Assembly (NCBI GenBank): GCA_003221515.1
Contig: QHSI01000133.1
Location: 3,530-67,529, forward strand
Reading direction: 5' to 3'
Source: Candidatus Rokuibacteriota bacterium
GTDB taxonomy: Bacteria > Methylomirabilota > Methylomirabilia > Rokubacteriales > CSP1-6
DNA length: 64,000 nucleotides
Shown: one piece after another, positions 25,003 to 34,588 of the stretch
How positions within the stretch are numbered: position 1 is the first letter of the stretch
Layout: every line of letters begins with the position of its first letter
Program-made: the position numbers and the translations under genes
Notes under the pieces: generated by a model
Told to the model about the DNA's origin: nothing
The model's input: only the letters and a program-made list of their open reading frames with translations
The model's database searches: none

Positions 25003-25651
25003 ATGGGATCGGATGCCAGCGTAACCATCTGCGCGGATGCAAACGGGCTCGCCGAGGGCGCGGCCCAGCTCGTCGTCGACGCCGCGCACGAGGCGGCCGA
25101 GGCGCGCGGGCGTTTCATGCTCTGTCTGGCCGGCGGCGCGACGCCGCGCGCGACGTATGAACGGCTCGCGCGTCCGCCGCTCAGCGCGCGCATGCCGTGG
25201 GATCGAACGTGGATCTTCTTCGGCGACGAACGCGCCGTGGCGCCGGACGACGACGAATCGAACTATCGAATGGCGCAGGAAGCCCTGCTGTCGCGCGTGC
25301 CGGTGGCGCCGACACGAGTCTTCCGGATGCATGGCGAGGATGGCGACGCGCCACACCGCGTCGCTGTTCCCGAGCTCACCGGTGCTCCGCGAAGTCTTTC
25401 GCTCGGTCGCGGCGGTGCACGTCGCGGCCGCGAAGATCCCTCAGCGGTTGACGCTCACCTTTCCCGTGCTCAACGCGGCGGCGCGTGTCCTGTTCCTGGT
25501 CACCGGCGCAGAGAAGGCGAAGATCCTCAAGAAGGTGCTGGACGAGCGGGCGACGCTGCCCGCCACGATGGTGCGGCCGACGGACGGCGAGCTCATCTGG
25601 CTCGTGGACCGCGCGGCCGCGTCGCTCCTGCAAGTCGGCCAGGCCCGCTAG
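25003..25651 (+). pseudogene. pgl: 6-phosphogluconolactonase with internal deletion and frameshift
   Basis: N-terminal half (MGSDASVTICADANGLAEGAAQLVV...FRMHGEDGDAPH) is in the frame of ORF 25003; C-terminal half (HTASLFPSSPVL...LTLTFPVLNAAARVLFLVTGAEKA...) is in the +1 frame (ORF 25037..25651); ~40 residues normally between the halves are missing. Confidence 0.65.
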
Positions 25652-25654
25652 CGT

Positions 25655-27145
25655 ATGCCGAGGACCGACGAGCCGTTCGCGCTCGTGATCCTCGGCGCCT
25701 CGGGAGACCTGACGCGCCGCAAGCTCGTGCCCGCGCTCTGGAGCCTCTACGCCGGGCGCACGCTGCCGGAGCCCTTCGCGATCATCGGCAGCGCGCGCAG
25801 CGAGGCGAGCGCCGACGAGTTTCGCCGGCGCATGCGCGCGACCGTCCGCGAGTTCGCGCGCGTAAAGCCGCCGTCCGAGAACGTCTGGGACCGGTTCGCC
25901 TCGGCGCTCTCCTACGTGCCGGGCGATCCGGCCGATCCCGCGCTCTACGCGAAGCTCGAGGCGGCGCTGCGGGAAATGGAGGGCGCCCGTCCGGGCCCCG
26001 CGAACCGCCTCCTCTACTGCGCGACGCCCCCGAGCCTCTACGAGACGATCATCGGCAACCTGGGCGCTTCGGGGCTGGCGCGTCCGCAGGGCGGCTGGAC
26101 GCGCATCATCGTCGAGAAGCCGTTCGGACGCGATTACGAGAGCGCGCGGGCCCTCAACCGCCAGCTCGGCGCCGTCTTCCGCGAGGAGCAGATCTACCGC
26201 ATCGACCACTACCTCGGGAAGGAGACGGTCCAGAACCTGCTCGTGCTCCGATTCGCGAACACGATCTTCGAGCCGTTGTGGAACCGAAACCACGTGGCCG
26301 AGGTGCAGATCACCGTCGCCGAGGCGCTCGGCGTCGAGACGCGCGGCACGTACTACGAAGAGGCCGGCGCGCTCCGCGACATGATGCAGAACCACCTGCT
26401 CCAGCTGCTGTGCCTGCTCGCGATGGAGCCTCCGGTGACGTTTGACGCCGGCCCGGTGCACGACGAGAAGAACAAGGTCATGCACGCGATTCGGCCGATC
26501 GACCCGCGCAAGATCGACGAGGTCGCCCTGCGCGGCCAGTACGGGCCGGGGTTCGTCGAGGGTAAGGCCGTCGTCGGCTACCGGCAGGAGAAAGGCGTCG
26601 CGCCCGATTCGAGGACTGACACCTACGCGGCGTTGCGGCTGCTCGTAGACAACTGGCGCTGGGCGGGCGTGCCGTTCTATCTGCGGACGGGCAAGCGCAT
26701 GGCCAAGCGCGTGAGCGAGATCGCGATCAGGTTCCACCGCACGCCGCACATGATCTTCCATCGCGATCCGTCCGGCGTCGAGCCGAACGAGCTCGTGATT
26801 CGCATCCAGCCCGACGAGGGCATGGCGCTGACGGTCGCCGCGAAGACGCCAGGTCCCGAGCTCAAGCTGGGGACGGTCGGCCTGGACTTCCGCTATGGCG
26901 AGGTGTTCGGCGCCGAGCCGCCCGAAGCCTACGAGCGGCTCCTGCTGGACGCCGTCCACGGCGACTCGACACTGTACGCGCGCGCCGATTGGGTCGAGCA
27001 CGCCTGGTCGCTACTGGGCCCGGTGCTCGATGCGTGGGCGCAGGATTCCGCCGCCCAGCCCTATCGCTACGAAGCGGGCTCCTGGGGACCCGCCGAAGCC
27101 GACGCCTTCATCTCCCGCGACGGCGGCGCCTGGCGCAAACCCTAG
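25655..27145 (+). CDS. zwf: glucose-6-phosphate 1-dehydrogenase
   Basis: ORF 25655..27145; GASGDLTRRKL NADP motif, RIDHYLGKE active-site motif, EKPFGRD. Confidence 0.95.
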   Translation: MPRTDEPFALVILGASGDLTRRKLVPALWSLYAGRTLPEPFAIIGSARSEASADEFRRRMRATVREFARVKPPSENVWDRFASALSYVPGDPADPALYAKLEAALREMEGARPGPANRLLYCATPPSLYETIIGNLGASGLARPQGGWTRIIVEKPFGRDYESARALNRQLGAVFREEQIYRIDHYLGKETVQNLLVLRFANTIFEPLWNRNHVAEVQITVAEALGVETRGTYYEEAGALRDMMQNHLLQLLCLLAMEPPVTFDAGPVHDEKNKVMHAIRPIDPRKIDEVALRGQYGPGFVEGKAVVGYRQEKGVAPDSRTDTYAALRLLVDNWRWAGVPFYLRTGKRMAKRVSEIAIRFHRTPHMIFHRDPSGVEPNELVIRIQPDEGMALTVAAKTPGPELKLGTVGLDFRYGEVFGAEPPEAYERLLLDAVHGDSTLYARADWVEHAWSLLGPVLDAWAQDSAAQPYRYEAGSWGPAEADAFISRDGGAWRKP

Positions 27146-27170
27146 CCAACCTCCAAGCCCGCGACGTGTA

Positions 27171-27310
27171 GCGGTGCGGGGTCGGTTGGCGGTAGCCCCC
27201 CGGCGGCCTGTGTAGTCAGGGTTGTCCCGAGATGAACCCGCACAGATCGAACCTGACGGGTGTTGGCTACCAGGCCGCTGGGGGGCTACCGCCAACCGAC
27301 CCCGCACCGC
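27171..27310. repeat. perfect 31-bp inverted repeat (arms 27171-27201 and 27280-27310) separated by 78 nt
   Basis: gcggtgcggggtcggttggcggtagcccccc ... ggggggctaccgccaaccgaccccgcaccgc; lies between convergent zwf and lipoprotein genes. Confidence 0.7.
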
Positions 27311-27385
27311 GGGCGCGAACGCGGCCGGCGACCAGGCCGCTGGGGGCCTACCGCCATCCCGCCCCGGACCGCGGGCGCAGACGCG
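27269..27385. repeat. two tandem ~55-nt units related to the inverted-repeat arm
   Basis: accaggccgctggggggctaccgccaaccgaccccgcaccgcgggcgcgaacgcgg / accaggccgctgggggcctaccgccatcccgccccggaccgcgggcgcagacgcg. Confidence 0.6.
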
Positions 27386-27387
27386 AG

Positions 27388-27798
27388 CTAGCGAGTCGTC
27401 GTAGTTTGTTGCTGAGCGCGACTAGCCGTGAGCTCGACGTACGTGAACCACCACCCGTCCAGCAGACGCACCTCGAGCGAGCTTCCCGCCTTCTCGTAGA
27501 CCTGCGTCGTGCCGTGGGTCGCGACCGCCGTGCTGCTGACGTGGCGCCAGCCGTTCGCCTCGAGGGTCGTCCGCAGCGCCAGCCCCAGGCTCTCGACTTC
27601 CAGGCGACCGCGGTACACGAGGCGCGCCGCCTTGACCGTCGGCGACTCGATGATCGTCGACTTGTCGGCCTGGTAGCTCAGCCCCTTCGGCACCGGAATG
27701 TCCTCGAACTCGCTCCGCACCGGCCTACTGGGAGCGGAGGCGCACCCGGCAACGAACACCACGACGAGGAGCGTGAGGAGTACGCGTTGAATGCTCAT
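27388..27798 (-). CDS. hypothetical lipoprotein
   Basis: In-frame part of ORF 27388..27834 from ATG 27798; MSIQRVLLTLLVVVFVAGCAS lipobox. Confidence 0.55.
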   Translation of the reverse strand: MSIQRVLLTLLVVVFVAGCASAPSRPVRSEFEDIPVPKGLSYQADKSTIIESPTVKAARLVYRGRLEVESLGLALRTTLEANGWRHVSSTAVATHGTTQVYEKAGSSLEVRLLDGWWFTYVELTASRAQQQTTTTR

Positions 27799-27857
27799 GG
27801 CGGCAGCGTAGCAAGATGCGTGTTGGGTATCCAAGAAATTTGGAGCGCGCCGCTGGG

Positions 27858-29441
27858 CTACAGCAGTCTTATCAATCTTGCGAAATCGGCCTCGACGGCC
27901 TGGCCAACATCGGCCACCTGCTCGGCCGTGAGATCCTCGTCGAGAATCAGCACGACGATCGCCCGGCCGCGCTTGCTCTTTCGCCCGACGTGCATCGAGG
28001 CGATGTTGACGTTCTGCCGGCCCAGCGTCGACCCGATCCGGCCGACCATGCCGGGCCGGTCCTCGTAGGACAGCATGAGGATGTAGCCCTCGGGGACGAA
28101 CTCGACGTCGAAATCGCGCAGCCGCACGACGCGCGGCTGGCCGTCGAAGACGGTGCCGGCGATGATCTTTTGGCCGTCGCGCGTCTGCGTGGTGACCCGC
28201 AGGACGCTCTTGTACCCCGACGCCTCCCCCGCGCGCTCGATGCGGACCTCGACGCCGCGTTCGGCCGCCACCAGCCGTGCGTTGACCAGGTTCACCGGTC
28301 CCGCCATCACCGGGCCGAGGAGCCCGGTCAGGACGGCGCGGGCCAGCAGCTCGGGATCGGCGTCGGCGATCGCCCCGGCCAGGGTGATCTCGACGCTCGC
28401 CAGGTGCCCCGGGTCGAGCTGGACGCTGAACCGGCCGAGCCGCTCCGCGAGCGCCACCCAGGGTCGCAGCTCGGCGACCGCGGTCCGATCGCCGACCGGG
28501 ATGTTGACCGCGTGCTCGACCAGCTCACCGTCGCGGAACGCGACGAGCTGGCGCGCGACGTCGACCGCGACGTTGACCTGCGCCTCGCTGGAGTTGGCGC
28601 CGAGGTGCGGGGTGACGACCACCCGCGGGTGCTGGATCAGCCGGCGGAGCGTCTCGCTCTGAGGCGGCTCCTCGCTCCAGACGTCGATGGCCGCGCCGGC
28701 GACCTGGCCGCTCTCCAGCGCGGCGAGGAGATCGGCTTCGTTGACGATCCCGCCCCGCGCGCAGTTCACCAGCCGCACCCCGCGCTTGGTCAGCGCGAGC
28801 TCGCGCGCGGTCAGCATGTTGTCGGTCTCCTGCGTGAGCGGCACGTGCACGGTGATGACGTCGGACTGGCGCAGGAGCGTCTCGAAGTCGGTGAGGCGTG
28901 CCCCCAGGTCTTTGGCGCGGTTCTCCGAGACGTAGGGATCGTAGACGATCAGCTCAGCGTCGAAGGCCCGCAAGCGCGCGGCGACCCGCGAGCCGACCTT
29001 GCCGAGCCCCACGATGCCGACCGTCTTGCGCAGGAGCTCCACGCCGTAGATCGCGCGGCTCCACTCGAGCGACTTGAGTCGAGCGTGAGCGTCGGGGATG
29101 CGCCGCACCAGCGCCAGCAGCATGCCCACCGTGTGCTCGGCCGCCGACACCACGTTCCCGTACGGTGCGTTGCACACGATGATCCCGCGTCGCGAGCACG
29201 CCTCGACGTCGACGTTGTCGATCCCGACGCCGGCGCGTCCGATGATGCGGAGGCGCGGCGCGTGGTCCAGCAGCTCGGCGGTGACCGCGGTGCCCGAGCG
29301 GGTGATCAGCCCGTCGTAGTCGTTGACGCGGGCGTACAGCGTCTCGAGGGACGGGCGGGCGAGCTCGTCGACCTCGACGCCGCGCTCGCGGAGATAGGCG
29401 ATGCCCTCCGGCGCGATCGCCTCGACGACGAGGATCCGCAC
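27858..29441 (-). CDS. serA: D-3-phosphoglycerate dehydrogenase (with ASB and ACT domains)
   Basis: In-frame part of ORF 27858..30935 from GTG 29441; NAD-binding GIVGLGKVGSRVA, catalytic RGG...H region, C-terminal ACT domain; ~527 aa. Confidence 0.9.
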   Translation of the reverse strand: MRILVVEAIAPEGIAYLRERGVEVDELARPSLETLYARVNDYDGLITRSGTAVTAELLDHAPRLRIIGRAGVGIDNVDVEACSRRGIIVCNAPYGNVVSAAEHTVGMLLALVRRIPDAHARLKSLEWSRAIYGVELLRKTVGIVGLGKVGSRVAARLRAFDAELIVYDPYVSENRAKDLGARLTDFETLLRQSDVITVHVPLTQETDNMLTARELALTKRGVRLVNCARGGIVNEADLLAALESGQVAGAAIDVWSEEPPQSETLRRLIQHPRVVVTPHLGANSSEAQVNVAVDVARQLVAFRDGELVEHAVNIPVGDRTAVAELRPWVALAERLGRFSVQLDPGHLASVEITLAGAIADADPELLARAVLTGLLGPVMAGPVNLVNARLVAAERGVEVRIERAGEASGYKSVLRVTTQTRDGQKIIAGTVFDGQPRVVRLRDFDVEFVPEGYILMLSYEDRPGMVGRIGSTLGRQNVNIASMHVGRKSKRGRAIVVLILDEDLTAEQVADVGQAVEADFARLIRLL

Positions 29442-29443
29442 GA

Positions 29444-30193
29444 TCAGCCCAGGACGGAGTACCCGCCGTCCACCGGGATGGCGGTGCCGGTGACGAAGTC
29501 GGACGCGGGGCTCGCCAGGAACACGGCGACGCCGGCCATGTCCTCGATCGTCCCCCAGCGCCCGGCGGGTGTGCGACGGAGCACGTTCTCGTGGAGGCCC
29601 TCGACCTGGCGCCGCGCACCGCGCGTGAGGTCGGTGTCGATCCAGCCCGGCAGGACGGCGTTGACCTGGATGTTGTCGCGGGCCCACGCAGTCGCGAGGG
29701 ATTTGGTGAGCTGGACGACACCGCCCTTGCTCGGCCCGTACGCGGGTGAGAACGGCACCCCGAAGATCGACATCATCGAGCCGATGTTGATGATCTTGCC
29801 GCCGCCCACCACCTTCATCGGCGCGTACGCCGCGCGGCAGGCGAGGAAGATCGAGGTGAGGTTGGTGTCGAGCACGTGGTGCCAGTCGGCGAGCGTGTAC
29901 TCCTGCGGGACCTTGCGGATGTTGGTCCCGGCGTTGTTCACGAGGATGTCGAGGCGACCGCACTGGTCGAGCGTGGACCGGACGAGGGCGTTGACCGACG
30001 TCTCGTCGGCGACGTCGACGGCGATCGCGAGCGCTTGACCGCCGAGCTGGCGAACGGCGGCGGCCGACTTCGTCTGGTTGCGCGCGGCGACCACGACGCG
30101 GGCGCCGGCGGCGGCGAGGCCCTGGGCCATGCCGAGCCCGATTCCCCCGTTTCCGCCGGTGACGACGGCGACCTTGCCCTTGAGATCGAACAT
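29444..30193 (-). CDS. SDR family oxidoreductase
   Basis: ORF 29444..30193; TGGNGGIG, NNAG, YxxSK (YGPSK) motifs. Confidence 0.85.
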   Translation of the reverse strand: MFDLKGKVAVVTGGNGGIGLGMAQGLAAAGARVVVAARNQTKSAAAVRQLGGQALAIAVDVADETSVNALVRSTLDQCGRLDILVNNAGTNIRKVPQEYTLADWHHVLDTNLTSIFLACRAAYAPMKVVGGGKIINIGSMMSIFGVPFSPAYGPSKGGVVQLTKSLATAWARDNIQVNAVLPGWIDTDLTRGARRQVEGLHENVLRRTPAGRWGTIEDMAGVAVFLASPASDFVTGTAIPVDGGYSVLG

Positions 30194-30211
30194 TGGTCCC
30201 TCCGGCGCATC

Positions 30212-33200
30212 TTACCCGAAGTCGTGTGAGGGGACGTGATGGCCGAGGGCTGGCAGGCTCCGCACCGTGTTCGCGCGGACGGAGATGACCCCGTCCTGCC
30301 GCTGCGCGATCCCCGTCACCAGAAGGTATGGCTCGGCCACCAGCGCGACACGATGGCGCGCGAAAATCGGCGGCGTCACGATCACGTTCGCGATCCCCGT
30401 CTCGTCCTCCAGGGAAAGGAAGACGAAGCCCTTCGCGGTGCCCGGCCGCTGGCGAACGATGACGCTGCCCGCCACCTGGACTCTGGCGCCGTCCTCCACG
30501 CCGGCCAGCTCGCGCGCGCTCACCACCCCCAAGCGCCGGAGCGACGCGCGGCGCAGCGCCATCGGATGGCGGCCGAGCGTCACACCCGTGCCGGCGTAAT
30601 CGGCGGCGAGGCGCTCGATGTCCGTCATCTCGGTCAACGGGCTGGGCTCGCGCGGCGGATCCGTGAACAACGGGCCGGGATCCGACACCGCCGCCGCCCA
30701 GAGGTTGGCCCGGCGGCTCCCGCCGAGCGGCGCGAGCGCGCCGATGGCCGCGAGCGTCTCCAGTTCGTCCCGCCCGAGCTCGGCCCGGCGCGCGAGGTCG
30801 TGGACGGACGCGAATGGCCGCGCCTCGCGCGCCCGCACGATCGCACGCGCCGCCCGCGCGCGCAGGCCCTTCACGTACCGTAACCCCAGCCGCACCACGA
30901 CGGCGCCGTCGGCGCGCTCGAGCACGCACAACCACGGGGAGCGCGTGACGTCGATCGGCAGGATCCGCAGGCCGTGGCGCTGCGCGTCCTTCACGATGGT
31001 CGCCGGGTGATAGAACCCCATCGGCTGGTTGTTGAGGAGCGCCGCGTAGAACGCCGCCGGATGGTGGACGCGCAGGTACGCACTCGCGTAGGCGAGCAGC
31101 GCAAAGCTGGAGGCGTGCGAGTTGTGGACGACCAGGTCGTTCGCGAGGAAGTTGTGATCTCCCTCGATATGGAGGTCATACGTTTCCTGGATCCCGACGG
31201 GATCGATGGATACGATTCGATCCCAGTACAGATCAGATTCCGCCAGGCGGCCCAGCTCTGGCGAGTCGAAGTACCGAGCCAGCCGAGCAATGACCCAGCG
31301 ACGATATCCTTGCTTCGACGCATCCGGAGTCACGAGTGCACGCAAGGCGAGCTTCGCCCCCTGACCGAGCTCATCCCAGGTGACGCCTCGATGCTTGCGC
31401 TCACGATCGATGAGGGTTTTGACCGCGACCGGAACGACGTCATGGGATGAGCGTCCCCAAGCGCCTGTCAGCGAGAGATCCTTGGCCATCTGCTGCTTTC
31501 GACCATCCAGAAACCGGCGCGCGACTCGATGGTAGAAGCGCCGCAAATTCCCCTGGCCGGTGACGGTCACGACGAAGCTGGCGACGCGCCGCCCTCGATA
31601 CGGGTGAGTGCGCGAATACAGACGCGACACGATCCCGAGCCCAAGCAGGAGATGTTGGACGTCTTCGGCCAGGCGACGAGAAACCGTGTCGTACGACGCG
31701 TGACCCGTCCGTGACAGAGAACCATCGCCTTCCCATAAACGAGCGAGCAGCAACGCCTGATCGGCGGCGCAAAGCTCGAACACTTCCTCGGGCAATCGTT
31801 TCGCCCGCGCCGTGGCGCCCCAGAGCCCGAGTTTTCGGGCCCACTGGACGGCTCCGATCGGCGCCGACGCGCCGTTGCGACGGACGTGCACGCTGTAGCA
31901 GCTGCGGTGGCGAGCGACGGTCGCTCGCGTATTGGCAAATTGCTGCACAGCCTCCACGAACTCGTCACGATACTGAGCGTCCGTCGTGTAGAAATAGAAC
32001 GTGCTCGGGTGGCACAGCTTGCCTTCGGCGATCAGGTCGGCAAGCACGATCAGCTGGTAACGAGGCCAGCGCCGACGCCCCAGCGTGGGGAGCGTACGGG
32101 CTGCAGCAATACGGTCGCCCGCCCTGAGACTCACCAGGGCGCGCCAGCCCTGCATCGTGAGCAGTGGATGCTCGGCGGTCGCCACGATCTCTCGACCAAG
32201 CGCCGTACGAACGCGATAGACCATCCGGCGTCCGCTCGGCGTGGCCGCGAGCACGCGGCGCTTCTGCAGCCTCATGTTCGCGTCGCAGGCGAGCGTGCTC
32301 TCGACACGTACCCGGCCGCTCACGATGTCCTCGATCGCGGCCCAACGTCCCCGGTCGGCATCGATCACGCGCGTCTCGCCGACCACACATTCCGGGAACC
32401 CGTACAGCGCGAACGCGGTGATGGAGCGCACGATCTCTTCAGCGGCGTCGCCGTGGATGCCCTGGCGCGCCATGCCCGCGCGCAGCTTCGTCTCCACCTC
32501 GGCCATGAGCCGCTCGCTGCGCTTGAAGCCGAACGCCCGCCGGAGCTCCTCGGCCTCCGTCGCGGTGAAGCCGGCCGTCACCATCGCCATCCGCAGCAAC
32601 TGCTCCTGGAACAGCGGGACGCCGAGCGTGCGGCGGAGGATGGGCTCCAGGCTCGGGTGCGGGTACGTCACCGGCTCGCGCCCGCGCCGGCGGTTGATGT
32701 AGGGATGGACCATGTCGCCCACGATCGGTCCGGGGCGGATGATCGCGACCTGCACGACGAGGTCGTAGAATCGCTCGGGGCGGACGCGCGGGAGCGTCGC
32801 CATCTGCGCGCGGCTCTCGACCTGGAACACGCCGATGGTGTCGGCCTCTTGCAGGCTCCGATAAACGGCCGGATCGTCCGGGGGCAGCCGCGCCAGATCT
32901 ACCTCGCCGCCGGATTCGCGGACGAGCGTCAGCGAATCCTGGAGCACCGACATCATCCCGAGCCCCAGCAGATCCACCTTGACGATACCGAGCGCCGCGC
33001 AGTCGTCCTTGTCCCACTGCACGACGACGCGCCCCGGCATCGTCGCCGGCTCGAGCGGCACCACGTCGTCGAGCCGGCCCGCGGCGATGACCATGCCTCC
33101 CGAGTGCTGGCCGAGGTGGCGCGGCAGATCCTGGATCCGCGTCCAGAGAGCGGCGAAGCGCCGGATGCGCGGGGAGCTCGGATCGCAGCCGGCCTCCGGG

Positions 33201-34585
33201 AGATGCTTCGTCAGGAGCTCGTTCGGATCCTGATAGCCCCAGTTCGCGACGAGCTGGGCGAGCCGGTCCCGCATGTCGCCCGGAAGCCCGAGCGCCTGGC
33301 CGACTTCGCGGGCGGCGCTCCGGCCTCGATAAGAAATCACGTTGGCGGTCATCCCAGCGCCGAGGCGACCGTACCGCCGATAGACGTGCTGGATGACCGC
33401 TTCTCGGCGCTCACCGCTCGGCAGATCCAGATCGATATCAGGCCATTCACCCCGCGCTTCGCTGAGAAAGCGTTCGAACAGCAGCTCCATGCCGACCGGA
33501 TCCACCGCGGTGATGCCGAGGGCGTAGCAGACCGCGCTGTTGGCCGCCGAGCCGCGGCCCTGCACGAGGATGTCGTGGGTCCGGCAGTGCTCGACGATGT
33601 CCCACACGATCAGGAAGTAGCCCGCGAGATCGAGCCGCCCGATGAGCTCGAGCTCGTGAGCGACCTGACGGCGCGCGCGCGCGGCCAGCGGGCCCGTGCC
33701 ATAGCGCGCGCCCACACCGCGCCGGGTCAGCTCGCGCAGGTAGCCGAGCGGCGTCTGGCCCGGCGGCAGCGGAAACTCCGGGAACCGGTACCCGAGATCC
33801 TTCAGCGTGAAGGCCAGCCGCAGCGCCAGCTCACCGCTGTTGGCGAGCGCGTCGGGAAGATCACGGAAGAGCTGCGTCATCTCGACCCCGCCCTTCAAGA
33901 CGCGCTCGCCGTTGGCCAGCAGCCGGCGGCCGGCGCGATCGAGATCGGTCTTCTCGCGGATGCACGTGAAGACGTCGGCGAGCGGACGGCCCTCCGGGCG
34001 CGCGAAGAGCGGCTGGTTGGAGGCGACGAGCGGCACGCCGGCTCCCCGGCCCAGCGCCACCAGCGCCTGAAGCATCGCCTCCTGCTCGCGGAGGAAGTGT
34101 CGCTGGACCTCGACGAAGCAGCTCGAACGCCCAAAGATTGCCACGAGGCGGTCCAGGCACGCCCGGGCGCCCTCGCCGTCGCCGGCGGCGAGCCGCCGCG
34201 CGAGCGGACCGCGAGCTCCCCCGGTGAGACACACGAGTCCAGCGGCGTACGGCTCGAGGTCGTCGAGCGTGGTCGCGGCGGCGCCCTTGGGGGCACCGAG
34301 CTTCATTCGTGTGATCAGCCGGCAGAGGTTCTGATATCCCTCGCGATCCTCCACCAGCAGGGGTAGCCGCGAGCCGTCGGCGAGCGTGATCTCGCTGCCG
34401 ACGATCGGCTTCACCCCCGCGTTCAGAGCCGCGCCGGCTAGCCGAGCCGCTCCGTACACGCCGTCGCGATCGACCAGGGCGACCGCCGGCATGTCGAGCC
34501 GAGCCGCCTCGGCAGCGAACGCCTCGGGATGCTCGGCGCCCTCGAGGAACGAGAACGCCGACTGCGCGTGGAGCTCGATGAACAT
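30212..34585 (-). CDS. dnaE2: error-prone DNA polymerase DnaE2 (ImuC), interrupted by an in-frame intein
   Basis: ORF 30212..34585, 1457 aa; PHP domain N-terminus MFIELHAQSAFSFLEGAEHPE; Pol III alpha core; 1034 aa once the intein is removed; downstream of imuA-imuB. Confidence 0.9.
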   Translation of the reverse strand: MFIELHAQSAFSFLEGAEHPEAFAAEAARLDMPAVALVDRDGVYGAARLAGAALNAGVKPIVGSEITLADGSRLPLLVEDREGYQNLCRLITRMKLGAPKGAAATTLDDLEPYAAGLVCLTGGARGPLARRLAAGDGEGARACLDRLVAIFGRSSCFVEVQRHFLREQEAMLQALVALGRGAGVPLVASNQPLFARPEGRPLADVFTCIREKTDLDRAGRRLLANGERVLKGGVEMTQLFRDLPDALANSGELALRLAFTLKDLGYRFPEFPLPPGQTPLGYLRELTRRGVGARYGTGPLAARARRQVAHELELIGRLDLAGYFLIVWDIVEHCRTHDILVQGRGSAANSAVCYALGITAVDPVGMELLFERFLSEARGEWPDIDLDLPSGERREAVIQHVYRRYGRLGAGMTANVISYRGRSAAREVGQALGLPGDMRDRLAQLVANWGYQDPNELLTKHLPEAGCDPSSPRIRRFAALWTRIQDLPRHLGQHSGGMVIAAGRLDDVVPLEPATMPGRVVVQWDKDDCAALGIVKVDLLGLGMMSVLQDSLTLVRESGGEVDLARLPPDDPAVYRSLQEADTIGVFQVESRAQMATLPRVRPERFYDLVVQVAIIRPGPIVGDMVHPYINRRRGREPVTYPHPSLEPILRRTLGVPLFQEQLLRMAMVTAGFTATEAEELRRAFGFKRSERLMAEVETKLRAGMARQGIHGDAAEEIVRSITAFALYGFPECVVGETRVIDADRGRWAAIEDIVSGRVRVESTLACDANMRLQKRRVLAATPSGRRMVYRVRTALGREIVATAEHPLLTMQGWRALVSLRAGDRIAAARTLPTLGRRRWPRYQLIVLADLIAEGKLCHPSTFYFYTTDAQYRDEFVEAVQQFANTRATVARHRSCYSVHVRRNGASAPIGAVQWARKLGLWGATARAKRLPEEVFELCAADQALLLARLWEGDGSLSRTGHASYDTVSRRLAEDVQHLLLGLGIVSRLYSRTHPYRGRRVASFVVTVTGQGNLRRFYHRVARRFLDGRKQQMAKDLSLTGAWGRSSHDVVPVAVKTLIDRERKHRGVTWDELGQGAKLALRALVTPDASKQGYRRWVIARLARYFDSPELGRLAESDLYWDRIVSIDPVGIQETYDLHIEGDHNFLANDLVVHNSHASSFALLAYASAYLRVHHPAAFYAALLNNQPMGFYHPATIVKDAQRHGLRILPIDVTRSPWLCVLERADGAVVVRLGLRYVKGLRARAARAIVRAREARPFASVHDLARRAELGRDELETLAAIGALAPLGGSRRANLWAAAVSDPGPLFTDPPREPSPLTEMTDIERLAADYAGTGVTLGRHPMALRRASLRRLGVVSARELAGVEDGARVQVAGSVIVRQRPGTAKGFVFLSLEDETGIANVIVTPPIFARHRVALVAEPYLLVTGIAQRQDGVISVRANTVRSLPALGHHVPSHDFG
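31121..32389 (-). mobile_element. 423-aa intein with LAGLIDADG homing-endonuclease domain inside DnaE2
   Basis: Begins with Cys (GFPE|CVVGETRV), block B TAEHPLLT, LAGLIDADG-like LADLIAEGKL and LARLWEGDGS, terminal DLHIEGDHNFLANDLVVHN followed by +1 Ser; splicing would restore the conserved GFPESHASSFA polymerase motif. Confidence 0.85.
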
Positions 34586-34588
34586 AGA

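Noticed and set aside
27230-27270. GGTTCGATC motif on the minus strand, reminiscent of a tRNA T-loop
   Set aside because: No acceptor, D or anticodon stems could be paired around it. It lies inside the inverted-repeat element.
30212-34585. Extra length of DnaE2 as a possible gene fusion or assembly chimera
   Set aside because: The insert has all canonical intein blocks with Cys1 and terminal Asn/+1 Ser, and precise excision recreates a conserved polymerase motif.
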